Below are positions 18,870 to 28,334 of a DNA stretch of 28,873 nucleotides, piece after piece (position 1 is the stretch's first letter; each line of letters starts with the position of its first letter). A program made the translations under genes and the position numbers. The stretch is from Bdellovibrionota bacterium FG-2 (GTDB lineage Bacteria > Bdellovibrionota > UBA1018): assembly GCA_051382305.1 (NCBI GenBank), contig JBBCAV010000273.1, forward strand, positions 1 to 28,873. Direction: 5' to 3'. The notes beneath the pieces are model-generated. The model was not told where the DNA came from. It ran no database searches and saw nothing but the letters and a program-made list of their open reading frames with translations.

Positions 18870-19154
18870 TCAGCAACAGCTTGAACCACTACAACAGCCA
18901 CCTTTTGACTTCTGCTCGTTACCCTTACTGATAATCTCGGCCAATTCACTCACCGATGGCACTTTACCGTTAAAAAGTACTTTCTCATCAATCACGAGCG
19001 CTGGGGTACTCATAATCCCGTATTTTGCAATCTCGGCATAATCCTCAATTTTGGTAACGGATGCATCGATCCCCAACTGCTTGAGGGCCTCCTGAGTATT
19101 TACCGTAAGACGTTTGCAATTTGCGCATCCTGGACCTAGTATTTTTATGTTCAT
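18870..19154 (-). CDS. Small thioredoxin/glutaredoxin-like protein (MTH895-like) with Cys-rich tail
   Basis: IKILGPGCANC...YGIMSTPALVID...GKVP; tail GGCCSGSSCC. Confidence 0.9.
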   Translation of the reverse strand: MNIKILGPGCANCKRLTVNTQEALKQLGIDASVTKIEDYAEIAKYGIMSTPALVIDEKVLFNGKVPSVSELAEIISKGNEQKSKGGCCSGSSCC

Positions 19155-19181
19155 TTGATTTCTCCTTTTGTTAGTTAATGA

Positions 19182-20222
19182 TTAAAGCAGCCAGTTAAAC
19201 AGATAACCCACGAGCAGAATGCCGACTCCTACAATTGCTATAAAAACTGCAATGAGCGTAGGTTTTAAGACCTTACGAAGAATCACCATCTCTGGAAGCG
19301 AGAGCGCGATCACAGACATCATGAAAGCCAGTACGGTGCCCAGTGCGGCTCCTTTTTCCAAGAGCGCCTGAACGATCGGAATAATTCCAGCCGCGTTCGA
19401 ATACATGGGAATCCCAATGATCACAGCTAGCGGTACAGACCACCATGCCTGCTTACCCATGATGGAAGCCATAAAGTCTTGCGGCACATAACCGTGGATG
19501 CCCGCACCGATCGCAATCCCTCCGATCACATAGGGCCAGACCTTGCCAACTATCTCGCGAACCGCATCTTTACCGGCCTGGATTCGCGCTTCCCAAGTTA
19601 GAGAGGGCATAGCACCTTCGCCGCCTTGCCCCTCCGTCTTAATCGCATACACCCAAGACTCGACGTGCCCTTCCAGCTTCAGTCTACCAATAACCCAACC
19701 TGATCCGATTGCGATCATGAGCCCCGTACTCAAATAGAGTGCCGCCACCTTCCACCCAAAGAGCCCATAAAGGAGCACCAGCGCGACTTCGTTAACCATT
19801 GGAGCCGACACAAGAAACGAAAACGTGACTCCCAGCGGAATCCCCGCCGTCACAAAGCCAATAAACAAGGGCACGGCGGAACAAGAGCAAAATGGAGTTA
19901 CGATACCAAGCAACGCCGCAAGAATATTACCAAGATACTCACTCCGGCCTGCCAGAATTTTACGAGTCTTTTCGGGTGTAAAGAATGACCTAATCACTCC
20001 GACCGCAAAGACAACTATCATAAGCAAAAGAAGAACCTTAGGAGTATCAAAGAGAAAAAATTCGACAGATCCCGCCAAGCCACTTGTTTTTTTTAGACCC
20101 AAGACCGAGTAGGTCATCCACGCTGCAAACGGAGCAAGTGCGCGATACAAGGCAAACCATGCGAGGAGAACCACACCGCCAATAACAATCTTCTTAACTT
20201 TTGAGTTCACAGCTATCTCCAA
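19182..20222 (-). CDS. arsP: ArsP/DUF318-family permease
   Basis: Multi-TM; TPFCSCSAVP, SFLVSAPMVNE, GIPMYSNAAG, SLPEM motifs. Confidence 0.88.
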   Translation of the reverse strand: MEIAVNSKVKKIVIGGVVLLAWFALYRALAPFAAWMTYSVLGLKKTSGLAGSVEFFLFDTPKVLLLLMIVVFAVGVIRSFFTPEKTRKILAGRSEYLGNILAALLGIVTPFCSCSAVPLFIGFVTAGIPLGVTFSFLVSAPMVNEVALVLLYGLFGWKVAALYLSTGLMIAIGSGWVIGRLKLEGHVESWVYAIKTEGQGGEGAMPSLTWEARIQAGKDAVREIVGKVWPYVIGGIAIGAGIHGYVPQDFMASIMGKQAWWSVPLAVIIGIPMYSNAAGIIPIVQALLEKGAALGTVLAFMMSVIALSLPEMVILRKVLKPTLIAVFIAIVGVGILLVGYLFNWLL

Positions 20223-20903
20223 TCAAAGCACATGAAAAATAAACACGAGAGTGTAGTAAACGCCTACACAGACAAAAATACCCCCGGTCAGTCGCCGAAC
20301 CCAATACTCAATGCGTGAAAGCTTCTTGAGGACATCCCCAACCACTTGAGTACCTTTTCCGAGAAGCACAGCAAAAACCACGACGGGGGCAGCAGTGCCA
20401 ACTCCATAGAGTGAAGGCAGAAGCACACTTGACTTTGAAGTAAGCGCTAACGGGATCAAACTTCCAAAAAATAGCGCCGCAGACACCGGACAAAACGAAA
20501 GCGCAAAGAGGCTTCCAAGGAAAAGAGCCCCAAGGCTTCCTGAATTCGCTAGCTTCTTCTTGAATCGTTCACTTGTGAGCACTTCAAGATTAGGGAACTC
20601 TAGCAGCTCGAGTAAAAAAAACCCAGTTAAAACCAAAACTGGCCCCAAAAGCTGGTTCATGTATTTCTGTAATACATAAGAGACCTGAGGCATCGAAAGC
20701 ATTCCACCGACCAATACGAAACCCAACACAACGTAGGTCAAAGTTCGTCTCAGAGCGTAAAGAATACCTAAAACGAGAACAGCGCGAGATTGCGAGATCT
20801 GTTTGCTAAGATAAGAAACAGCCACAAGATTAGTCGTAAGCGGACAAGGACTCAGCGAAGTCAGAATACCAAGCCACAACGCTGTTCCAGCAAGAATCAC
20901 CAT
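20223..20903 (-). CDS. ArsG-like / CcdA-DsbD-type membrane protein
   Basis: LGILTSLSPCPLTTN and ALSFCPVSAALFF paired TM cysteines, ~6 TM; ATG at 20903 with RBS AGGGGG. Confidence 0.8.
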   Translation of the reverse strand: MVILAGTALWLGILTSLSPCPLTTNLVAVSYLSKQISQSRAVLVLGILYALRRTLTYVVLGFVLVGGMLSMPQVSYVLQKYMNQLLGPVLVLTGFFLLELLEFPNLEVLTSERFKKKLANSGSLGALFLGSLFALSFCPVSAALFFGSLIPLALTSKSSVLLPSLYGVGTAAPVVVFAVLLGKGTQVVGDVLKKLSRIEYWVRRLTGGIFVCVGVYYTLVFIFHVL

Positions 20904-20910
20904 ACCCCCT

Positions 20911-21390
20911 TCACGAATCCGAAGCCACGAGACGTCCGCCAAAAGCGGTGACTTCATTTTGAATATACTTTTGAAACTGATCAGGGTTATCGATCCCATC
21001 CCAAACCCGATCTAAGTTTTTCCACTTTTTTTGAATACCGTCTTCCATCTCCACCAAAACAACGGACTTCGTCGAAAGCCGATAGTCGGAGTTAAAATGC
21101 GCATTCATCGGTTCTTCGACATTTATAACCCGCCACACAAGGTTTCCGGCCTCCAGGGCTTTAGCAAACCGCGACTGAATCGCCTGCATTGAGTAAGCTT
21201 CGATCGCCCTGCATGTCATGCAACGAGCAGTCCCGTGGAAGTAATAGGCAATTACTTTGTGTCCCTGTTCTTTTTGGATTGCTACGTTGACGGTTGCGTT
21301 TCTGGCTCGATACTCTCTCACTCCGGCGTAGATCGCACTCACGGCCACAAACAGAAACAATCCAAGCCCAAAAATGCGTTTCATTTTCAT
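20911..21390 (-). CDS. ArsF-like membrane-anchored thioredoxin-fold protein
   Basis: N-terminal TM/signal; YYFHGTARCMTCRAIE; KWKNLDRVWD. Confidence 0.75.
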   Translation of the reverse strand: MKMKRIFGLGLFLFVAVSAIYAGVREYRARNATVNVAIQKEQGHKVIAYYFHGTARCMTCRAIEAYSMQAIQSRFAKALEAGNLVWRVINVEEPMNAHFNSDYRLSTKSVVLVEMEDGIQKKWKNLDRVWDGIDNPDQFQKYIQNEVTAFGGRLVASDS

Positions 21391-21409
21391 AAAACGATTC
21401 TCTCCTCAG

Positions 21410-22123
21410 CTACTCTTGCCAGTCTTCAAATAAGAAACTCAACCGAGTTTTAAGTTCATCGCGTACTCGACGGAACCCCTCCATCGCCTCGACATCCGCA
21501 CTACCGTGAGGGGCGGGATCAGGCAGCCCCCAATGAAGCCGGATCGCCTTACCCAAAAATACCGGACACACCTCTTCCGCACAAAGCGTGATCACTGCGT
21601 CGACACTCGTGGCATCGATCGAGTCCACCCCCTTGGAGGTGTGATGAGAAACATCAATTCCGATTTCCATTAGCGCTTCGATTGATAACGGATTAACTCT
21701 CGAAAGTGACGACCCCGCCGATGAGACTGTTACCGAGGCTGGCGCAAAAGATCGAGCTATTCCTTCTGCCATTTGACTCCGGGCAGAGTTGGCCACACAC
21801 AAAAAGAGAATGTGCTCAGGTCGGAGGGCTCTTAGAATGGCAGCTTCCACCATCCACTCGGGAGGCACCCCTTTTCCATCTGAATAGATTCGGCAAGCCA
21901 TGGACGCTTCGGTGTCTGGATGCATGCGTCCCTCTATATCTGCACCATTAATCCGAATCGTAGGCGAGCCTAAAGAAATCTCTTTTTTGGCATGCTCTTC
22001 ACTTGTGATTCGAATCTCTTGAACCTGAGCACCAGGCGCTAGTCGTTGGACTATAGTTTGAACTAAGGAGATCGTAGGTTCTAAGTTAGGACAGCCCTCA
22101 AAATAAAGAATTTCAAGCTTCAT
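21410..22123 (-). CDS. arsC: Thioredoxin-fold domain fused to thioredoxin-dependent arsenate reductase ArsC (LMW-PTP fold)
   Basis: C-half has CVANSARS P-loop, LCAEEVCP resolving Cys pair and LPDP; N-half has LYFEGCPN...GSPTIRING...ACRIY. ATG at 22123 with RBS AGGAGG. Confidence 0.88.
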   Translation of the reverse strand: MKLEILYFEGCPNLEPTISLVQTIVQRLAPGAQVQEIRITSEEHAKKEISLGSPTIRINGADIEGRMHPDTEASMACRIYSDGKGVPPEWMVEAAILRALRPEHILFLCVANSARSQMAEGIARSFAPASVTVSSAGSSLSRVNPLSIEALMEIGIDVSHHTSKGVDSIDATSVDAVITLCAEEVCPVFLGKAIRLHWGLPDPAPHGSADVEAMEGFRRVRDELKTRLSFLFEDWQE

Positions 22124-23150
22124 GACTGTAGTACCTCCTACGAATCCAAAGTGAAACATTCACAAGCGCAATCAAGGCGGGCACTTCAACCAGGGGACCG
22201 ATCACCGCAGCAAAAGCGGCGCCGTGATGGATTCCGAATGTCGCGACAGCTACCGCAATCGCCAACTCAAAATTGTTCGATGCCGCCGTAAATGACAAAG
22301 AGGCCGATTGCGCATACGGAGCGCCTGCTTTCTTACTCAGTGCAAAAGAAACCAAGAACATCACAACAAAGTAAATCAGAAGTGGGATGGCGATCCGCAC
22401 GACATCCATTGGGAGCGCAACGATCGTTTCACCCTTTAACGAGAACATCACCACGATCGTAAAGAGAAGTGCAATGAGCGTGAGCGGGCTAATTTTAGGA
22501 ATAAACCTAGTGTGATACCACTCCTTACCCTTTATTTTGACGAGAACAAACCGCGTAAGAGCACCTGCGATGAATGGAATGCCAAGATAGATAAATACGC
22601 TTTCGGCGATTTGCCCCATCGTAATATTGACAGCCAATCCCTCAAGCCCGAACCAAGTTGGCAGAATAGTAATGAAAAGGTAAGCGAACACCGAATAGAA
22701 AAGAACCTGAAAGATGGAGTTGAGTGCAACCAAACCCGCGCAATACTCAGGATCCCCGTCCGCAAGATCATTCCAAACAATCACCATGGCGATACAGCGC
22801 GCCAAGCCAATGAGGATCAAGCCCACCATGTATTCGGGGTACCCTCGCAAAAAGATGAGCGCGAGCGCAAACATGAGAATCGGTCCGATGACCCAGTTCT
22901 GAACCAAAGACAGGGCCACGACTCGCTTATTGCGGAACACCTTGCCTAGTTCTTCGTAGCGCACCTTAGCGAGCGGCGGGTACATCATAACGATCAAGCC
23001 AATCGCGATTGGAATCGAGGTTGTTCCCACACTAAAGCCATTGAGAAACGGGACAATGTTTGGAAAAAGATAGCCACTGCCGATGCCTACAGCCATCGCT
23101 AAAAAGATCCATAAGGTTAGGAAGCGATCTAAAAATGATAACTTACCCAC
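22113..23150 (-). CDS. acr3: Acr3-family arsenite efflux transporter
   Basis: [53 protein letters not shown]. Start is probably GTG 23150, overlapping the arsR stop. Confidence 0.96.
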   Translation of the reverse strand: MGKLSFLDRFLTLWIFLAMAVGIGSGYLFPNIVPFLNGFSVGTTSIPIAIGLIVMMYPPLAKVRYEELGKVFRNKRVVALSLVQNWVIGPILMFALALIFLRGYPEYMVGLILIGLARCIAMVIVWNDLADGDPEYCAGLVALNSIFQVLFYSVFAYLFITILPTWFGLEGLAVNITMGQIAESVFIYLGIPFIAGALTRFVLVKIKGKEWYHTRFIPKISPLTLIALLFTIVVMFSLKGETIVALPMDVVRIAIPLLIYFVVMFLVSFALSKKAGAPYAQSASLSFTAASNNFELAIAVAVATFGIHHGAAFAAVIGPLVEVPALIALVNVSLWIRRRYYSHEA

Positions 23151-23481
23151 AACGCTTGCCCTTAAGCCACTTTTCAAGCTGAACTTGAGCCTCTTTGATG
23201 GGCGCGGAACTAAAAAGTGCCTCAATCGTCTTAAGGACTGCCTTTTGAAATAGAGAGGGTTTACGATTTACTCGATAATAAACCCACACAGCTTCCCGTC
23301 GATCTTCCAAAAGCCCCGCCCGCTGCAAATACCGAAGATGCCTGGAGGCCTTCGACTGTGAAATCCGCATCCCCTCCACAAAATCGCAAACACAAAGCTC
23401 GCCACGCCTCAGCAGCAAGGCTACCATTTTGAGTCGGGTTTCATCTGAAAGCGCCTTAAAAACTTGAACTTCGCTCCTCAT
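23143..23481 (-). CDS. arsR: ArsR/SmtB transcriptional repressor
   Basis: [17 protein letters not shown] metalloid site, [20 protein letters not shown]. Confidence 0.94.
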   Translation of the reverse strand: MRSEVQVFKALSDETRLKMVALLLRRGELCVCDFVEGMRISQSKASRHLRYLQRAGLLEDRREAVWVYYRVNRKPSLFQKAVLKTIEALFSSAPIKEAQVQLEKWLKGKRCG

Positions 23482-23498
23482 TTGAGTGATCTCCTACT

Positions 23499-23536
23499 TA
23501 TGTTTATAGTCGCCTACATGCATATATGCAAACATA
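23499..23536 (-). promoter_or_regulatory. ars operon sigma-70 promoter with overlapping palindromic operator
   Basis: Minus strand TTGCAT (23531-23526), 17 nt, TATAAA (23508-23503); perfect palindrome TGCATATATGCA (23519-23530); outer IR TATGTTT/AAACATA. Confidence 0.7.
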
Positions 23537-23541
23537 TTTTC

Positions 23542-23572
23542 AACCTCTCGCCTGGAGAGGTTAAGGCGAGAG
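23542..23572. terminator. Hairpin between the ATPase stop and the ars promoter (possible weak terminator)
   Basis: AACCTCTC-gcctg-GAGAGGTT (23542-23562), or alternatively CTCTCGCCT/AGGCGAGAG (23545-23572); no clear U-tract. Confidence 0.3.
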
Positions 23573-24390
23573 TCGGCGCTTGAAACACTTTTCTATCTCT
23601 ACAACAATAAAGAGCGTGCTAGATAAGACAAGCGCAACAAATAACGCCTCAATCGTCAGGGTTTGGGTCTTAAACACCCCTTGCAATGCTGGAACATAGA
23701 CCGTGAGATGCTGAAGAACGACTGACACGGCAACGGTCGCGGCCAGTGTTCTGTTAGACAATACCCCTTGCTGGAACAAAGACCGCCGTTCTGAGCGAAC
23801 GGCCATCACTTGACCCAACTGCAAAAAGCAAAGCACGGTGAAAACCATGGTTTGCCAATGAGTATCCCGAACATGAATTATCCAAGCCTGTAATCCAAGC
23901 ACGACCGCAGCCATCAATAGGCCAACCCAGATAGCATGCAAACCCAGACCACCAGCGAACAGGCCCTCCTGAGGACTTCGAGGGGGACGACTCATCACTT
24001 CTTTTTCAGCTGGCTCAAGTGTGAGCGCTAATGCTGGCAAACCAAGAAAGGGGGCAAGAAATAGCGTCCAAATTTCACCCGAATTGGTGGACAACAAGTA
24101 TTTGATGAATTTTCTGATGTTGTCATAGATTTTACGTCCTTCACTCACCGCTTTCACAATAGTAGCAAAATTGTCATCCAGCAGGATCATAGACAAGGAC
24201 TCTCTGGCCACGTCCGTCCCACTGCCTCCCATCGCAATACCGATATCGGCACGCTTGAGCGCCGGGGCATCATTCACACCATCCCCGGTCATGGCGACGA
24301 AATGCCCCTTTTCTTGAAGAGCTTTCACGATCTTGTCCCGTCCGGGCAGGGGTGACAGTAAACGGCTGAATCAGCAAGATAGGTTTTCGG

Positions 24391-25422
24391 TCAGCATGGC
24401 TGATCTTGGTCCCAGTGGTTTCTTCTTCGATTTTCAGTGTGATGTCTAGCTTCTTTTCTTTTTTCCGTCAGAATCCTCCTTCCTAGAACGTGAACAGAGT
24501 TCGGAGCGAAGCCCCCGTTCCCGGCATTGGGGCGGCGGATATTGTAATCCGAGATCGCGGTGCCGATTCGTGATCGTCCTTCATCTTCGCTTCCGTATTG
24601 ATCCTGCAACTTGATCTCTTCACGTTTGAGTGTACCCATCACCCGCTCTGTGCGCGCGTTTCCTGTTGGGCGCCCGACACCCGAGAGCCAGAGATCAAGT
24701 CCCTGAACCTCGATGTTTTTTCTCGTATAGGCCGCGATGTTAGCGCTGCCATGGTCGGCGACGACCCGCGGCTTCATCGCTCCTTCAGGAAGTTCATCAA
24801 TGTCCTCAGCCGCTACCGCATTCGTGATGACTGCCACGACCTGGAATTGTGTGATCTCTGGGAAGAGGCCCCATGACACGATTTTACGCGAATACCAGTC
24901 GATGATGAGAAGAAGAAACCAAAAACGTTCGTTGATGCGCAGGTAGGTCCAGTCGGTACCCCAGAGCAGGTTCTTGCGCCAGGGTTCGTGGAGCAGCATT
25001 TCGCCGGGAACGTCGAGGGGCTTCTTCGCTCCGCGGATGAACTCATGATTGAGACCGTGTTTCTTCATGATCTCAGCCACCTTCGTTTTCCCGATGAAAA
25101 CGAGGGATTTTCGCTCCAACTGGTATGCGATTCTTCGACACCGAAGCTGTGGAAACTTTTTTGCGAGAGTCAGTACCCGCTTCTCCTCGAGTGGCATGAT
25201 CCGGTTTTTTCCGCCACCGCCGCCGTGGTGCGGTTTGGCGGTGACTCCGCTCTTCCAGCGATAGACGGCTCTCGGATTTAGCTGAAGCCACTCACATGCG
25301 GTCTCCAGGCGTTCTCCGGCCTGGGCGGCTTCCTTGATCCATTTTAGAATTTCAAGCCGGACCTCCGCCGGCAGGTGGCGCCCTCGCAGGTCTCCGATCA
25401 GTCCGAGTTCACGCTTTTTTTT
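24391..25422 (-). CDS. IS3 OrfB DDE integrase, expressed by -1 frameshift as OrfAB
   Basis: WGTDWTY...IIDWYSRKIV...ADHGS...NARTERVMGTLKRE; A8G slippery run (25422-25414) at the OrfA/OrfB overlap. Confidence 0.88.
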   Translation of the reverse strand, partial: KKKRELGLIGDLRGRHLPAEVRLEILKWIKEAAQAGERLETACEWLQLNPRAVYRWKSGVTAKPHHGGGGGKNRIMPLEEKRVLTLAKKFPQLRCRRIAYQLERKSLVFIGKTKVAEIMKKHGLNHEFIRGAKKPLDVPGEMLLHEPWRKNLLWGTDWTYLRINERFWFLLLIIDWYSRKIVSWGLFPEITQFQVVAVITNAVAAEDIDELPEGAMKPRVVADHGSANIAAYTRKNIEVQGLDLWLSGVGRPTGNARTERVMGTLKREEIKLQDQYGSEDEGRSRIGTAISDYNIRRPNAGNGGFAPNSVHVLGRRILTEKRKEARHHTENRRRNHWDQDQPC

Positions 25423-25727
25423 AGCAGCTGCAATTCGATCGCAGACTCGCATAGAGCCGCCGCGAGGCGCGCTACTTCGCGTTCGAGTTTCTTCTTTTCG
25501 TGATCCCTCGCCTTTGGACCGCGTTTCATTGCCTGGAGATTTTGGATCCCACCTTCCTTGAACTTCTGTTTCCAGCGGTAAAACAGTGTTGGTGCGACGT
25601 TCTCCCTCCGACAGACTTCGGCGGTATTGCCCTTCCTCTCGGCTTCCCAGATCAACTCTGCGATCATCTCGGGACTGCGTCGGGTGCGGGTCTTCTTGGT
25701 ACGATTTACTTCTATGGGTTGCGACAT
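25398..25727 (-). CDS. IS3 OrfA (HTH + coiled coil)
   Basis: AEVCRRENVAPTLFYRWKQKF HTH followed by a leucine-zipper-like segment. Confidence 0.88.
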   Translation of the reverse strand: MSQPIEVNRTKKTRTRRSPEMIAELIWEAERKGNTAEVCRRENVAPTLFYRWKQKFKEGGIQNLQAMKRGPKARDHEKKKLEREVARLAAALCESAIELQLLKKSVNSD

Positions 25728-27706
25728 TCTGGCTCCTCTTTATCATATTTGGTTCTCCGTTTCCGAGACCAAGGAGCCATGCTATAAAATCAAGCGCATA
25801 CGCGCCGATCGACACAGAAACCTATCTTAAATTATTGCGCATTTACTGTCGAACGAGCCCGGACAGGACAATCTTGAGTTTTTGCTCGGGCGCAACGCGT
25901 GCATACACTCGAATCCCCTCAACCCTTCTCCTGTACTCGTCATACGACAGTGCATCGAGTTCCTTTCCAGTGATGATCACATTTGGGTCATCTTCCTCGA
26001 TAATTCCCACGCGTTTTGCGATTGTCTGCGCAGTCAGGGGATGGTCTCCAGTAATCATAACCGTTGTGATCCCGGCACTCCTACACTCAGCGACCGCTTG
26101 CATGGCCTCTTCCCTCGGTGGATCCATCATGCCCATTAGGCCAAGCAGGGTAAGTCCCGTTTCAATTTGGACTGAGGATTGGAGGTCAGGGAGCGTATCC
26201 CAGTTCCGCATTCCGATGGCCATAACTCTCAAACCATCAGCCGCCATTTGATTACTAACCGCCTCGATCTTGCTTCTATTAAAAGGCTGAATGCCAGCAA
26301 CAGTAAAAACGCCGATCGACCTATCGATCATTGTTTCTACCGCCCCATTGGTAAAGGAGATGTACGGAGCCAATAGTTCCGGGTTCGCTAATTTATGAAA
26401 GGTGGTCATCAGTTTTTGCTCTGAATCAAAAGACAACTCTGCGACTCTTGGAAACACCTTTTCGAGTTTTGCCTTCTCAAAACCGTTGTCACTTGCAAAC
26501 AAAAACGGCGCTGCTTCCGTCGGGGCGCCGTTACTTTTACCAGAGGCATCAACACGAGCGTCATTAGATAAAGGTAAAGCTTTCATAAATAACTGTTGGG
26601 GCGAGCTAAAATTCCTGACCCCATTAACGAGTGTAGTTTCACATTTTTCACCCCCAATCAAACGCTCGTTGCACCATACCTCTTCTACCGTCATTCTATT
26701 CAGCGTAAGGGTTCCTGTCTTATCGGTGCAAATGTAGGAGACGGACCCTAAAGTCTCAACCGCTGTGAGCTTTCGAACGAGAACGTTTTGCTTAACCATT
26801 CTGCGTGCGCCCAAGGCTAGTGAGATTGTGACCACAGCAGGCAACGCCTCTGGAATAGCAGCGACCGCGAGACACACCGCCAACAAGAATGGTTTCAAAA
26901 TAGGTTCGCCGCGTAACATCCCCCCAATAAAGATAATGCCACACGCGACCAAGATGATGATTGAAAGCCGCTTTCCAAAAAGGGTACGTCGTTTCTGAAG
27001 AGGGGTCTTGGCGCCCCTCTGGTCTTGAAGCATAGCCGCGATTTTGCCAAACTCCGTGTTCATGCCTGTTTCCGTCACCACGCCCTTACCCCGGCCAGTG
27101 GTGACAAATGTCCCTTTAAAAAGCATGTTCTTCCGACCCCCAACGGGGATGGCACTATCGGACAAGGCGTTCGCGTGCTTTTCAACCGGGACTGACTCAC
27201 CTGTAAGCGTTGCCTCTGCTGTCATGAGACCCACTGCCTCAATAATGCGAAGGTCGGCTGGCACTTGATCCCCGGATTCAACTAGAACCATATCCCCGGG
27301 AACAAGCTGTGTAGCCGGGATAGTGAAATGCGCTCCATTTCGCAACGCTAAGGTGTTACCAACTGCCATTTTTCTTAGCGCTGCCAGGGCCTTCTCCGCT
27401 CGATACTCTTGCGTAAATCCAAGGCAAGCATTGAGAATGAGAATTGCGAGAATCGCCATTGTATCGGAGGTCTCGCCGATAACCCCAGAGACAAGGGCTG
27501 CGGCAATTAGAACCAAAATCATGAAGTCGGTGAACTGCCCGAAGAACATCGTTAACGAAGAACGGCGCGCCCTTTCGACTAATTCGTTCGAACCAAACCG
27601 CTGGAGTCGCGAAAGAGCCTCGTCGCTGCTAATGCCCGACAGGGCGGATCCTAACTCTGTTACAACTGAGCCGCTGTCCTTTAGATGCCAGGCCTGGGAC
27701 ATGCGC

Positions 27707-28326
27707 TTAATTTCCCTGCATCAATCCGAACAAATAACCTCCCGTAACCGTGAGGACAATAATAAGACTTACATAAGCAGCCGTTCTCTTGGCCCCCATT
27801 ATCTTACTTACGACAAGAACACTGGGAAGCGAAAGCACTGGATCAGAGAGCAGGTACGCCAAGAGAGGTCCCTTGGCCATCGGCACTTCAACAAGTGTTG
27901 GAAAATACACGAGCACGCCAAATATAACAGGGATAAACATGTTGCTCAAAGAATTGGAACCTACATAATGCCCCACAAACTCCTGCGGCAAAACCACTTT
28001 GACGATCCCGGATACAAAGACGCCCGCAAGTAAGCGCGGCGCAATCGTTTTGGAAAACCCCCAACTTTCCTTCATCCAAGAAGAAATCTCGTCTTTCACA
28101 AAATAGCTCTTTGCGATCAAAACCACCGCGATAAGGAGAAACCCAACCACTACATATCTTAGCCAAATAAGGTCGATTCTTGTCCCTGCCAACAATCTCG
28201 CTATGAGGGCGCTAAAAAAATAAAACAGCCGCCTTGTGTTGTGCGAGGTTTCGCTCTTTGAAAAGGTGTCTGGGTATGCGCCAGGATATAGTCGACACTT
28301 GCCGCAAGGCCTGCGGAGAGCAACAT
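27707..28326 (-). pseudogene. DUF318/ArsP-like permease remnant (large internal deletion with frameshift)
   Basis: ATG 28326 gives MLLSAGLAASVDYILAH and then stops early; the C-terminal half (YFPTLVEVP...SDPVLSLPS) is in another frame with no good start. Confidence 0.65.
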
Positions 28327-28334
28327 GCCTGCAT

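Larger units (their letters stand above)
24334..25870 (-). mobile_element. IS3-family insertion sequence (1537 bp) with 4-bp TSD ATCT
   Basis: TG...CA ends; IRs TGTCCCGTCCGGGCAGGGGTGACAGTAAA and TGTCCTGTCCGGGCTCGTTCGACAGTAAA (23/29 identical); ATCT at 24330-24333 and 25871-25874. Confidence 0.93.
23561..27702 (-). pseudogene. P2A-type (Ca2+-like) cation-transporting P-type ATPase, interrupted by an IS and decayed
   Basis: [32 protein letters not shown]. Removing 24334-25874 restores EQKLKIVKALQ in one 2601-nt frame; M6 segment is missing. Confidence 0.92.

Noticed and set aside
3604-23481. Functional link between the multiheme conduit and arsenic (respiratory Arr/Aio-type system)
   Set aside because: No molybdopterin subunit is present, and the loci are separated by core genes and appear to have independent origins.
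25423-25815. N-terminal part of the 474-aa IS ORF as a single-ORF (IS481-like) transposase
   Set aside because: This part overlaps the HTH-bearing OrfA; the slippery site, TG..CA ends and 4-bp TSD fit IS3 OrfA/OrfB.
25586-28033. Long plus-strand ORFs (221 aa, 236 aa) and similar antisense ORFs across the window (e.g. 9304-9879, 11470-11772)
   Set aside because: Shadow frames opposite well-supported genes, with no motifs or RBS.
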